NCBI GenBank assembly: GCA_009602725.1 | Contig: WELB01000028.1 | Coordinates: 647,972 to 711,971 of the forward strand | Direction: 5' to 3' | Origin: Spirogloea muscicola | Lineage: Eukaryota | DNA: 64,000 bases | Part shown: piece by piece, positions 12,667 to 24,600 of the stretch | How positions within the stretch are numbered: position 1 is the stretch's first letter | How the letters are laid out: every line of letters starts with the position of its first letter | Made by a program: the position numbers and the translations under genes | Notes under the pieces: model-generated | The model's database searches: none | What the model was told of the DNA's origin: nothing | What the model saw: the letters and a program-made list of their open reading frames with translations, nothing else

Positions 12667-13599
12667 TGCCACTTTGGCCAGTGTGGTTACTACGGACGCT
12701 GGTCACCTTGTCCCTCGGCAATGAATCTAAAGTACGAGGTCGCCATTACCGCCCGCAATAAGGGTCTCAAGTACGCCAATCAGCCAATAAGGTCTAGGTA
12801 TATAGGGCAATTGATATCCAGAAGGCTTTTGAGGCGCGGTGGCTTGACCTCCTGCATACCGGGTCGTCAAAACGTGTCCCACTGGCAACCACAAGTCGAT
12901 GCTGCGGGCTATCTTGCCTCTGTGTACCGCACTTATTTGGTTGCAGTCGTCCCTGGCTTTATGCCTTGCATCTGCGTGCTGGCCACGCCCTGGCTGCCGC
13001 TCTAGGCTAAGGCGCGGGGACCCCTTGCCGGCTGCCTCTTGAACATGAAATGTCTCGCCCATGGAAAAGGAGGGCTAGCAAAGTCGCCCACCATTGTTCC
13101 ATCTTGGAAGAGAAGTGGCTCTCACGTCGGGGGCAAGGGCTGTGAACCCGAAAGGAGTGACACTATAAGGAACCTCGCCCTACACGTGCAGTCAGGGTGA
13201 GCAGTCCTTGTTGAGTTCGGCTGTAGGGAGTTTAGGGACTAACCCGCTACACAGGTAAAGCACTAGCGCATCGGCGCAGCGGAAGACAGGCCCCGTGGCG
13301 CCGCCGTCCGGCGGCGACTCCACCTCCTGGGCGCAGGCCGGCGCAGCAGGCCCCGCAGCAGAATGCGGCGGCGGCTGCGGCGGCGAGCAGCGGCAAGGCT
13401 GCTCCTGAGCTTCACCGGTTCGATCTCCTGTCGTGCCTCAGGCCCCAAGGCTGAGGCTCTCGACTTTTCTGCCGCCAAGGCTCCTCGTGCTTCCCCCGTG
13501 CCAACCCCCCCCCGGCGTGTGAGCGGGTCGCCCCATAACCCGCCTTGCGGCGGGCCAAAGATCCTCCCTTGAACGGGTGGATTCTGGCGAGGGGTATTC

Positions 13600-13865
13600 A
13601 AGAGGTCTATGGCCCGCGCGCTGCATCTGCGTGCCGGCAGAGCCCTCGCCGCTGCCTCTGGCTCTGGCCAGGGGACCCACTTCCAGGAGCCTAGCTTCTC
13701 TGACCTAAGGCTGCTTAGCAGGGGTTACTGAGGAAGACTTAGCTGCTTTGTTTCTTGTTGTGCTTGTTTTCTTAGCGCTTCCCCTGGCCCCCTTCTCGTA
13801 CTCTGTCCCTTCTTTTTTGGGCTGGCTTTTCCAGCCCCTATCCTCAATGGGCGAGCCCTTTCTTC
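13600..13865 (+). mobile_element. RLE retrotransposon 3' end (LLSRGY subfamily)
   Basis: RSMARALHLRAGRALAAASGSGQG..SDLRLLSRGY-stop, then the UTR ending GGGCTGGCTTTTCCAGCCCCTATCCTCAATGGGCGAGCCCTTTCT. Further copies at about 44980-45178(+), 46490-46710(-), 57280-57450(-) and 58720-58950(-). Confidence 0.8.
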
Positions 13866-13874
13866 TTATTTCTG

Positions 13875-15454
13875 GACGGGCAGGGCCCGCACCTGGGCGG
13901 GCCACTTGCCCCAAATGGCCGGTCATGTAATAACAACAGACCCGTGTGGCTGGTTCATTACATACCTCCCCACTCTGGTGTTCACGTCCTCGGGAACAAC
14001 GGAGAACAGCCGACAGGCATTAAGATGCCCGACGGCTGCTGCCTCTACCAAGCCTAGGAGAATCACCACCCTTGGCCATGTATTTTCTGAGAGCATCTGG
14101 ACAATTTGCCAACTTGGCTGCAGGCTCCCACGTGTTGTGCTCAGGCCCATACCCGAGCCACTTCACCAGATACTCACGGGTCTTACGCCCTCGGAGCTTG
14201 TCCCTGTGGGACAAGATCTCTTCCACCTCGAATTCAATATCATCCTCGATCAGTGGTGGAGGTGGGGGCGGTTGGACACGACCATCCAAAAGGAAGCCCC
14301 TCAGCTGAGACACATGGAAGACGTGATGGATATTCTAATGCACCGGTGTCTTCAGCTCGTAGGACACCTTGCCTACAAGGCGTACTACTGCAAATGGTCC
14401 AACCCAGTTGGGCAGCAACTTGCGCGTACCTACAGCCCGCAAGGATGAGTGCTTCGTGCTCAGCAGCACTTGCGCACCAACATCGAAGGACACGTCCTTC
14501 CGATGTTTGTCAGCGTAAGCCTTCTTGCGACTTTGGGCAATTTCCAAGAAATGTTGAGCTCGTCCCTCAGCCTCCAAGAGGGTCCCAGTAAAGGCTACCA
14601 CGGCGGGAACTCGTTCCGGCCTTCCCACCTGAAGTGGAGCTCGGGGATGCTGACCATAGTTGAGGAAGAATGGAATCTCCTTTGTGGACGCATGATAGGC
14701 ATTGTTCACAGCATATTCAGCTGGAGCCAAATACTCGTCCCATTCAGTCTGGCCGGGATTGACAAAGTGCCTCAACATGTCCTCGAGAACTCGATTCATT
14801 CTCTCAGTTTGGCCATCCGGTTGTGGATGAAAGGCTGTGGACATGGACTGTTTTGTGCCAATAAGCTTGCAAATTCCTTCCAGAAGTGGCCTGTAAAGCG
14901 AGGATCGCGGTCGAGACCAGCCTCTCAGGCACCCCATGCAGCTTCTACACCTTATCCACAAAAATGCCAGCGAAATCCTTCGCTGAGGCCCGCGTAGTAG
15001 TGGCAGCAAAATGCATTATTTTACTCAGGCGACCCACAAAGACGAGGATGGCATCATAGCCGCTCCGCGTCTGAGGCAACTGTGTGATGAAATCCACACT
15101 TACATTAGACCAATTCCGCTCTGGAATCTGCAAGGGCTGAAGTAATCTGGCAGGCTTGCCAGAGATTGCCTTACTACGCTGGCACGTGGCACAGCTTGCC
15201 ACAAAAGCGCGCACCTGGTCTGAAAAGCCCGTCCACCACAAGAGGCGTCGACCAGCCTGTTTGATCTTGCTCACTCCCAGATGACCACTGTAAGGCGTAT
15301 CATGCAGCTCCTGCATCATGTCAGTGCGCAAGGCATTGCAGTCCGGGACCACAACAGCGTCGCCTTGCCACCAAAAGCCTTTGTCATCGGTGAGGGTGCT
15401 TACGTTGGCGTCTCTAGCAAACCAGGGGTGTGACGACCTGACCCTGAACAGCAC
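13875..15454 (-). mobile_element. Ty3/gypsy chromovirus remnant: integrase, chromodomain, PPT and start of the 3' LTR; frameshifted
   Basis: HHCC zinc finger (ELHDTPYSGH..CATCQRSK), SVDFITQLP, TAFHPQPDGQTERMNR, WVGPF, chromodomain FEVEEIL..YLVKWLGY..NTWEP. PPT GAGTGGGGAGGTA (13963-13975) is followed by TGTAATG from 13962. Confidence 0.92.
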
Positions 15455-16354
15455 AGTCAGGGGTCAGGACGTCCTTTGTGGTTTCGGTCGCTGGGGTTTA
15501 GAGACAAACCCCCAGCACAGTGAAAGCACCACGTGTGATACACAGCGGAAGTCTCGCCCAGAGGCGCTGCCGACAGGCAGCAACTCACCTCTCAGGTACG
15601 GGCCAGCGACTGTCCCCAAAGGAGCAGTCACAGTCTTACTCACAGAGAGCCGATGAAGGTCCGCGACGACGGGATGCGGCGACGGGCTACAGCAGCGGAC
15701 AGCAGCAGGGCTGCATAGGCGGGCTGTGGCAGCAGGCAGCAGCAGGGCTGCGCCTCTCTCTCGCGGGCTTCACTGATGTTGACCGAGTTGTCCCCGAGTC
15801 GGCTCTCAGCCCTACTTGTAGTGCTTCATGTGCTACCCTCCCCAGGGGTCTCTGGGAGGCTCGTCTCAGGGCCCACCTTCGGGAAGGCGGGCCCGACAAG
15901 GGGACTCTAGTGCGAGGGCAGGCCACGCGGCTCCCTTCCTGAGGCGTCGGCCCTCCTGCGGCGCCGCCGAGCGGCGCCCCCTGCTGATTTGAGGGAGGCT
16001 GGGGGGTTTTAAGCCCACGTACAGGCATCGGCACCCGTCTCATGAGTGCGCGGAAGAGCGTGGGGTCCACAGGCGTGGCCAAGCTTGGACCACCAGCGCC
16101 ACGCTCGCACTCTTCGAAAGAGGAGCAGGATAATTGATGTCGCTAATACACCCTCACGCCAGGCCGACGTGAAAAGTCTGCTCAGTGGTGGCTCGAGCTC
16201 CTACCGACTAGCGTGCAGCGCGACGTCACCAGGGGAGCAGACCATTTCCAACGCGGCCCGCTCTTGCTCGGGTGTATCGCATGCGCCTGTTAGTATTGCT
16301 GCAGGAATCAATGGCACACGCGTTGCATCTGTGTGCCGGTCGCGCCCTAGCTGC

Positions 16355-18225
16355 AGCCTCTGGCTATAGACAGGGGACCTGCCACGCGGAGACTAGTTTC
16401 TCTGACTTGCGGCTGCTCAGTTGGGGATATTGAGCACACAGAGGCCATTTGAGTCGCTGTGTGCTTCATCAAGCTCCCACTTGCTGTAGCCTCTTGCATA
16501 GCTCTCGCCGTTTTAGTGCCTTTTGGCCCTTTGGACTTTGTCTTTTCTTTGTGGGCCGGCTTTTCACGGCCCCCGCTCCCTTTGGAAGTGCTCACTTCTT
16601 CTTTGGGCTGGCCAGTCTCAGCGTCAACTTATGAAGAAGAGCCATTTCTTGCCCATTCTTTTTCCTGGGCTGGCCAAGCACAGCCATCGCCCTCTACTGG
16701 CAAAATTCTCCTGAAAGCGTTTTTCTTCCTTTCACCCCCCTCTTTTGGGCTGGCCTCCCACAGCGGTGTCCGGCAGCGCTGTGTCGTGCAGGCGAGGTGA
16801 GCAGGCCGACTTCAACGCCGCTGGCTCGCTAGCTCATGTCTTTCGTATGCTCCTCTCCATCTCCCTCCAGCGGTCCATGGCCCACGCCTTGCATCTGCGT
16901 GCTGGCCGTGCTCTCGCTGCAGCCTCTGCTTTTCGTCAGGAGGAATGCTGCCCGGCTGCTAGTCTTTCTGATTCGCGGCTCCTCACTCGTGGTTACTGAG
17001 TGATTCATCCACCAGCCCAGCTCTAAGACAGCGCTTTTGGCCCCTTCTGACTTCGTCAATGCTTTTCGGGCTGGCTGTTCACAGCCCTTGCCCCCTGTGG
17101 GAGAGCCACATTCTCACAGCCCTGTGTCATTCTATTTCTGGGCTGGCCAGTCAGCCATCGCCCTCTACTGGAAAAGTCCTTCACTCTTACAGCCCTTGCC
17201 GGCCTCTTTCATCGCAAGGTGGCAAAGTATGCATACCACCCGGCTGGGGACGAGTTCGTACCCCTGGCCGTGGATGTGCACGGGGCTCTCGGGTCCCAGT
17301 GGCTCGACCTGCTAGCCAGGCTTGCGCGGCGCGCTGTGTCCCGTAGGCGAAGAAGTGGCTCTCCTAATGGGGAGAAGGGCTGTGAAAAGCCAGCCAGACA
17401 AGAATTGACATAAGGTTCGAAGGGGCCAAATGACGGAGGGGCCTGAAGCACTATGTCAGAACGGGTGTAGGATGGATCACTCAGTAGCACGAGTGAGGAG
17501 CCTCAGATCCGACAGCCTAGCTGCTGGAAACTAATCCCCCTGAAGGAAGTCAGAGGCTGCAACGGGAGCACGGCCAGCACGCAGATGCAAGACGTGGCCC
17601 ATGGACCGCTGGTGGGAGATTGACAACGCATGCAATAGACCTGGGCCCACGGCCCGCGGCGTTGAAGTCAGCCGGCTCACCTCGCCTGCGGGACACAGCG
17701 CGCCGTGCAAGCTTGGCTAGCAAGTCGAGCCACTGGGACCCGAAAACCCCGTGCACATCCACGGCCAGGGGTACGGACTCGTCCCCAGCCGGGTGGTCTG
17801 CATACTTTGCCGCTTTGCAGCGAGCGTCGTTGGCCGCTGCACGGCCAGCTTTCGAGGTAGAAAGCCTCGGATTGGCGCGATCCACCACATCGATGGTGAC
17901 CACATCAGCGATGACGCGCGGGCCACCGCCCGGCGTGGACGCCACCAGGTCGACATGGCGAGTGTGCAGTCCCATCTGCCTTCCGAGAGGGCCGGCTTTT
18001 CACAGCGCTTGCACCCATTGGGAGAGCCACTTCTCTCTTTCAAGAGGTCGACCCCTCGGGGTGGGCTTCGTTCAGCCTGCCCTGCGGGGCTGGCTTGACT
18101 TCTTCGTAGCTGCTTTGTTTCTACTTGTGCTTGTTTTTTCTTAGCGCTTCCCCTGGCCCCCTTCTCGTACTCTGTTCATTCTTTTATGGGCTGGCTTTTC
18201 CAGCCCCTATCCTCAATGGGCGGCC
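16355..18225. mobile_element. Mosaic cluster of RLE retrotransposon C-terminal and 3' UTR fragments in both orientations
   Basis: Plus pieces at 16778-17112 and 17205-17345, minus piece at 17350-17965 (RHVDLVAS..VIADVVT..KAAKYADHPAGD..PLAVDVHG), plus many hairpin termini. Confidence 0.8.
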
Positions 18226-19044
18226 CCTTCCCCCTTTTCCCTCGACAGGTCTGCCCCTCGGGGCGGGCCTCGTTCGGCCCGCCCCTCGGGGTGGGTGTCG
18301 TGCCGTAGAGTGTCGATTGCTAGGTAATGACGATAGAGCAGATTTGTAAGGGATTCAGTGACACGTCAGAGTCCACGTGGCCAGCAGCGTATGTGTTGTG
18401 GAAAGAAAGCGAAAAAGCGAGAGACTGAAGAGACTACATCAGCATTGCGCTGGATAATAGAAAAGAAGGAAGCAACAGATGCCGTGGTGTGTTCACCAAG
18501 AATTGGAATGGAGGAATCTCTTTATCTAGTAAACGAGTCCGTGGAAGACACCAAGCAGTCAACAGCAGTGCAATGAAGTAGATCCAATCGTCTCAGTGCC
18601 AGGTTACCAAGTATATCAAGTGCCGGTAACACAAATTCGCCCTATTCGGAAATTACGTTATAGTAACTCTACACGCCCCATTCGGGACTTTGCTTAGTCA
18701 GAGCCTTGCAAAGATTTACACAATGCAACTTCTGTGGATGATACTGTTAAATAATGCGAGCTAAACGATTTCTGAGACAATGTTCAGAGCGTCAAGTCAA
18801 ACAAACCAAGCATGGTCTTGCCAATGCACCGGTTCACGGACCGGTTGACGGAGTTCTCCAGTAGAAGGCTCCTCAAGCAGCAGATCCGGACCTTCACGCC
18901 AACCCGTGCCTTCTTGGCACGTCCGAGGGTGCGCGCTCGATCCCTGCTGATGTATCAGCGGTGGTGGCGGCGGCGGTAGCAGTAGGAGCGACGACGACAG
19001 CGGCGGCGGCGGCGGCGAGTCGGCTCAGGGAAGGAAATTGGACC

Positions 19045-19254
19045 GAGTAGAACTGCTCGGTCCCAGCCCTCCGCTCGCTTATCTCCGGTCGGGAAGAATG
19101 GAAGAATATTACTGAGTAGAACTGCTCGGAACTGCTCGGTCCCAGCCCTCCGCTCGCTTATCTCCGGTCGGGAAGAATGGAAGAATATTACTGAGTAGAA
19201 CTGCTCGGTCCCAGCCCTCCGCTCTCCGGTCGGGAAGAATGGAAGAATATTACT
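19045..19254. repeat. Tandem repeat, 3 copies of a 69-nt unit with small indels
   Basis: Unit GAGTAGAACTGCTCGGTCCCAGCCCTCCGCTCGCTTATCTCCGGTCGGGAAGAATGGAAGAATATTACT starts at 19045, 19114 and 19193. Confidence 0.92.
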
Positions 19255-19810
19255 GGAGCAGGCATAGTTGCCTCCACCCTCCACCCTCAATCCCAAGGCC
19301 AGTGTAGCCTGAAACCGCTAGTGCTGCTCTCCCCTTCCACTTTAAATCCCCAAGGCCAGTGTAGCCTGGGATTGCTATTCCCTCACCCTGTCGGAGTTGA
19401 GGCTCCTCACTCGTAACGATGGAGTGGTCCATCCTCCCCCGTTCTGACATAAGCGTCTTCAGGCCCCTTCGTAGCTGCTTAGCACTGTTTAGGCCCCTCC
19501 GTCATTTGGCCCCTTCGAAACTTTGTCAATTCTTTTCAAGCTGGCTTTTCACAGCCCTTGCCCCCACTGGGAGTGCCACTTCCCTATACTTTCACCTTTA
19601 CCCGCCGTTAGCCTGGCCGGTACCCGCCTTCGCTCGGTAGGGTGGGTCATCCCCATCGGAGCGGACCCTCGGAGTGCTTCGTAGCTGCTTTGTTTCTACT
19701 TTTTGTGCTTGTTTTTCTTCGCGCTTCCCCTGGCCCCCTTCTCGTACTTAGTTCATTCTTTCTTGGGCTGGCTTTTCCAGCCCCTATCCTCAGTGGGCGA
19801 GCCCTTTCTC

Positions 19811-20039
19811 AGGGCTTTTCGGCATCTCTTCGGGCTTTTTGAGCGGGTCGAGCGGTAGGATGGGGTCTGCCCACCGATGCCAGATCCACGGCTCAGCGGC
19901 AGATACGCACTTCAGTTGAGTGCTTGAGACGGTGTGTACTCGGTATCTGCCGCTGAGCCGTGGATCTGGGCATGAGTGGGCAGATCCCATCCTACGGCTC
20001 GAACGGCTCAAAAAGCCCGACGAGAAGCCGAGAGGTCCT
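19811..20039. repeat. Long imperfect palindrome (foldback/MITE-like), arms about 95 nt
   Basis: CCAGATCCACGGCTCAGCGGCAGATAC pairs with GTATCTGCCGCTGAGCCGTGGATCTGG. TCGGGCTTTTTGAGC pairs with GCTCAAAAAGCCCGA. Confidence 0.9.
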
Positions 20040-21649
20040 AAGAAAAGCGCGCCCATAGAAAAGAGGGGCTGGCCAAGCCAGCCCAAAAAAGAATGGACAA
20101 TGTCCAGAGCCAAAGCAAGAGGAGCCGGAGAAAGGACTACACTACAACATACTGCAGAACACAGAAACGATGCAGAGGAAAGCTCAGTAACCACGAGTGA
20201 GCAAGGGCTCGCCCCATTGAGGATAGGGTTGGCTTCGCCGATGCCACATCGACGGCTCAGCGGCAGGTCCGCGCTTCTGTTGAGCGGTTGAGATGGTAAC
20301 AAGAAGACCGTTTGCCGATGTTGATCGAGGACGCGGCGGCATCTGCGCACTTACCTGACTGGGGCTGAGCTGGAGGTGCCGTGTTTGAGAATCCTGCTTC
20401 ACATCAACTAACAGGTGATGTGCCTCATACGTCCAGTGTGCAGCCACCTCACATGCCTTGTCAGATCGATATCAGTGACTTATCGACGGATACCTCGTGC
20501 CAGCTCATACCGTCCACACGCGTGCAGGCCGCGCTATGGCTGCGGCCTCGCTCTCTCTCCTTCCGGCCCCGTCGTAGCTGCTTAGCGCTTTTTAGGCCCC
20601 TCCATCATTTGGCCCCTTCGAACGTTTGTTTGGAATGGCTTTTCACAGCCCTTGCCCCCATTGGGAGTGCCACTTCTTCTTTGCTGCCTCCAGGTCTAGG
20701 CGGAGTGCCTCGTTCCCAGCTGCGAGTTACTCGGACTTGCTTCTGCTCACCCGTGGGTACTGAGCTTTCCTTTGCGTCGTCTCGTGTCTAGCTGTGTAGC
20801 TTTTCTAATTCAGCCTGTTTTGGCTCTGTGGATTTTGTCCATTCCTTTTGTGCTGGCTTTGCCAGCCCCTCTTCTCTGTGGGCGAGCAATTTCTTTTCGT
20901 GGATAGGGTTTACGGGTTAGGGCAAAAGGGGGGCAAGGGCCTTGAATGAGAGCACCGAGTCGCCACTTGCGTCGCTGTGCGCTTAAACGCTTTTGCGCCA
21001 TCCGGCCCTTCCAGGGCTGGCTTGGCCAGCGCCTCTTCTCTCAGGGCGCGCCATTTCTTCCAGGCCTTGTACATACCTTTGGGCTGGCTGTTCACAGCCC
21101 TTGCCCCCTTTGGCCGAGCCACTTGCTATCATTCTTGCTTTGAAGGAAGGGCGCTCATTCTCTCCCCTACCCACTCCTTGACTTTTCTGAGACTTTCGAG
21201 GCTCCTCTTTGAGACTGACACCTCGCGCGCCGCCACCTGCGCAGCTGCCGCCGCTCCTGCCGCGCCGCCGAGACGCTGGCTCTGGCACCGGCCATGAGGT
21301 CGCGCTTGTCTGAGCATGGCAGCCGCTCTGGCCAGCGCGGCCGCGGCGCTTGTCGCCATTGCGCAGCTCGGTTGCTTCGCCTCTGCCGCCGGGGACCTTG
21401 AGTGAGCAGCCCGTCCTCCTCCTTTCCACTTGTGGCCACTTGAGTCGCTGTGTGCTCTAAGGCTTTACTGGCCCCTTCAAATTTCGTTGTACATTATTGT
21501 GGCTGGGCTGGCCGATCACAGCCATTGCCCCCTACTGTAAGAGCCTCTCTTCTTTCCAGGAGGTCTGGTCTGGTCTGGTGTAGTGGGTTTCCGAACCACC
21601 ACAGCGTTGCCAGACCTGAGCCGCGGGCACGTTGCGCCTGCCCGTCCTC

Positions 21650-24600
21650 TCCGTATGTGCTGCCACATTACCCACCTCCGCTCCTGGGGCGGCATGCACT
21701 CCAGCGTCACTCTGCGTGGCCTCCGTATTGCCCCGCCCGCTGACTGCCATCGTTCCTCCGCCCCACAGCTCTGACAAGGCCGCGCTGTTGGCGTTCAAGG
21801 CCGGCATCACACCCTATTATCGGCTCTCACAGTGGGACCCCACTGACCTTACGCCATGCGGCTGGCATGGTGTTGCATGCAACACCACCACGCCCGGCGG
21901 CCCCAGGCAAGAGCTTTGTCTCGAGCCCTGCCATTTGCTAGCCGGTTGCTGCGACATGTCAAGAAGGTGGCACCACAAGCATTGGCGACCCGGCCGCAGC
22001 CGGTGGCAAGGTTGTGGCCCTGAAGGGCTCGCCTTCTCTGCGGCCTCTCGCCAGAACCTACGGCAGTGGCTGCCTAAGGCAGCTTGGCGGAGGGCTTCTG
22101 AAACAGCAGCATTGTTGTTAGCTCATTGCAAGGGGGAGCATGGTTTTCAAGAGTCGATCAAGCTCAGCTTCCTCCACCACTGGCCACTGTTGTCTACCTG
22201 CAGGCGAGTAACTGGGCTCGACTTGTCCAATGGGCAGCTGGAAGGCCCGCTGGCACCGGACCTCGGCAATATTGGCAGCCTGCGCTACGTGAATCTTACC
22301 GGGAATATGCTGTCGGGCTCCATCCCTGTGGCGCTGGGCAGCCTCCCGTACCTTTGCGTCCTCCGCCTCGGGGGCAATAGGTTAGCATGCCTACGTTTCT
22401 TGATTTCTCTCAGTCGATTCTTAGACAGCAGTAAAAGTTTGAATCGAATTCTTATCCTGTGTCTCACAAGATAAAGTTTCGCAGCATATTGCAACTATCG
22501 CGGAGGTACCATTACTCTGATGAGCATGGTTGTTGGTGTTGACTAGGGTCAGCAGCTATTGATTTGCATCCTCCTGCAGGCACTGGTCTAAGGGTTTGGG
22601 AACAATCCCCGCCAGAGCACCACTGGTGTGAAAGCAGGACAGCATGAGATGTGATAGTTGTCCTCGGCAATTTCACAAAGCTGATGTTAACAACAGGTAA
22701 CTCACCCTTGCATGGCTGTTGCAGGCTCACAGGCGGAATACCTCCAGAGCTATTTACAGATAATAGGTTGCAGGTGCTGGAGCTCTATGGAAATAAGTAA
22801 GGGCTTACTCCCCTCACACCCGCAGTTGCATTGCACACATTTTCGAGCAGCAGAAGACAGTATGAAGCACAGCAGCCAGATGGTCCTTTTCTCGGTGGCA
22901 TTGACAGACTTACAGGAAGCATTCCTGCCACCGTTGGGAACTGCACCACAATGACACACATGGTTGATTCCCATAATGAGTCAGTTCTCACCTTGCTCTA
23001 GCTGTACACGAGAATTTGTGTCAGTTGTGCACAAGACTGCAAGTAGAACACGTCAAGGAAGTGAGACATTGTGTCAGATGCAATGAGAATATGTCAAGAA
23101 AGTCCCTTGCTGGACCAGGTGACACAAATGGCAACGCTCTTGTTGCATTCAGGTTGACGGGAGTGATTCCTGCGAGCATTGGCAACCTCCATGTGTTGAG
23201 TACCTTGGACCTTGTGTACAACAAGTAAGTCAGTTAAAAACGAGTGAGCTCTCACCTTGCTCTGAGCAGAAAATGAAACTGTTATTTTGTGCACAAGAAG
23301 CTATTAGGACATGTGATGAAAAGGCAGTCCCATGATATACCTGGTGGAACAGATGCAAATGCTGTGGTTCTCTTGCTTTCAGATTGACGGGAGTGATTCC
23401 TCCGAGCATTGGCAGTCTTCGTATGTTAAGTGCTTTGTACATTGAGTCAAACGGGTAAGTCAGAGCAAGACATCATCAGCAGCATGTTGCCATACGTAGA
23501 GCATCAAGGCATCAGTGAAGGTGTGTCAAGGAAACACAGAGAGCTTAAGTCATTGACTTGCTGTGCTTGCGTCTGATTGATAAACTGGTCTCAGTCACGA
23601 GCCTAAGAGAGCAGCAGATAAAATTAATTGCCCTGTTTGTGATGGCAAAGACAGACTTACAGGAAGCATTCCTGCCACAATTGGGAACTGCACCACACTG
23701 ACACACTTTGATGCATCCTATAATGAGTCAGTTCTTACCTTGCTCTAGCTATATATGAAACTGTAAACAAGACTGCAAGTAGAACACGTCAAAGAAGTAG
23801 ACATTGTCTTAGTTGCAATCGGAATACGTTAAGGAAGTGCCCCTGCAGGACCAGATGGCACAAATGGCAACGCCCTTGTTTGCATTCAGATTGACGGGAG
23901 TAACTCCTTCAAGCATTGGCAACCTTCATATGCTGAGTATGTTGGACCTTGGGTACAACAAGTAAGTCAGAGCAAGACATCCTAAGCAGCACTTTGCTAT
24001 TCATAGCGCATCAAGGCATCAGTTCCACTTATGTCTCTAGGACGCAGTGAAACTCACATCATCGACATATTCACAGTTGCTTGCATCTCATGAATAAACT
24101 GGTCATCAGATTTGAAGCTTTACAGAAGGTGCATAACAAGGGAACAAAATGCTTTCATCTTCTTTGCAATGCAGCCTTACTGGTTGCAAATACATTTACG
24201 CTTCACAACTCATGCCGCCTCTTGCATAGTCCCTTGCTCCTTTTGCTGTGTGTGTGGTGCTCATCTTTCTACTCACTCTCACATTATACTGCGGGTGCCC
24301 TTGGGTTACTGCTGCAGTTTGTCAGGTCCCCTGCCACCTGAGTTTGGAGAGTGCACTCAGCTGCAAACTCTCAGCTTACAAAACAACAGGTATACATTAC
24401 TGCTACTTGTAACACGCATTATCCATATCAGTTCTTCTACCTTTCAGGGCCCAGATTGAGACCATCTCCTCAAAGGAATGATCATGACAGAGACGACTGA
24501 GGCTGTTTGGTGGCAGCTTGAATGGCACACTGCCAGCATCATTGGGCAAGCTTGCGTACTTGCAAGATATTTTCCTTGGAGACAACGAGTGAGTGGACAA

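Noticed and set aside
15520..16369. Long overlapping GC-rich ORFs here and elsewhere (e.g. 28038-28666, 56426-56910)
   Set aside because: Low-complexity Arg/Pro/Ala translations expected from high GC, with no domain signal.
19045..19254. CRISPR array
   Set aside because: Units are contiguous, with no unique spacers and no cas genes.
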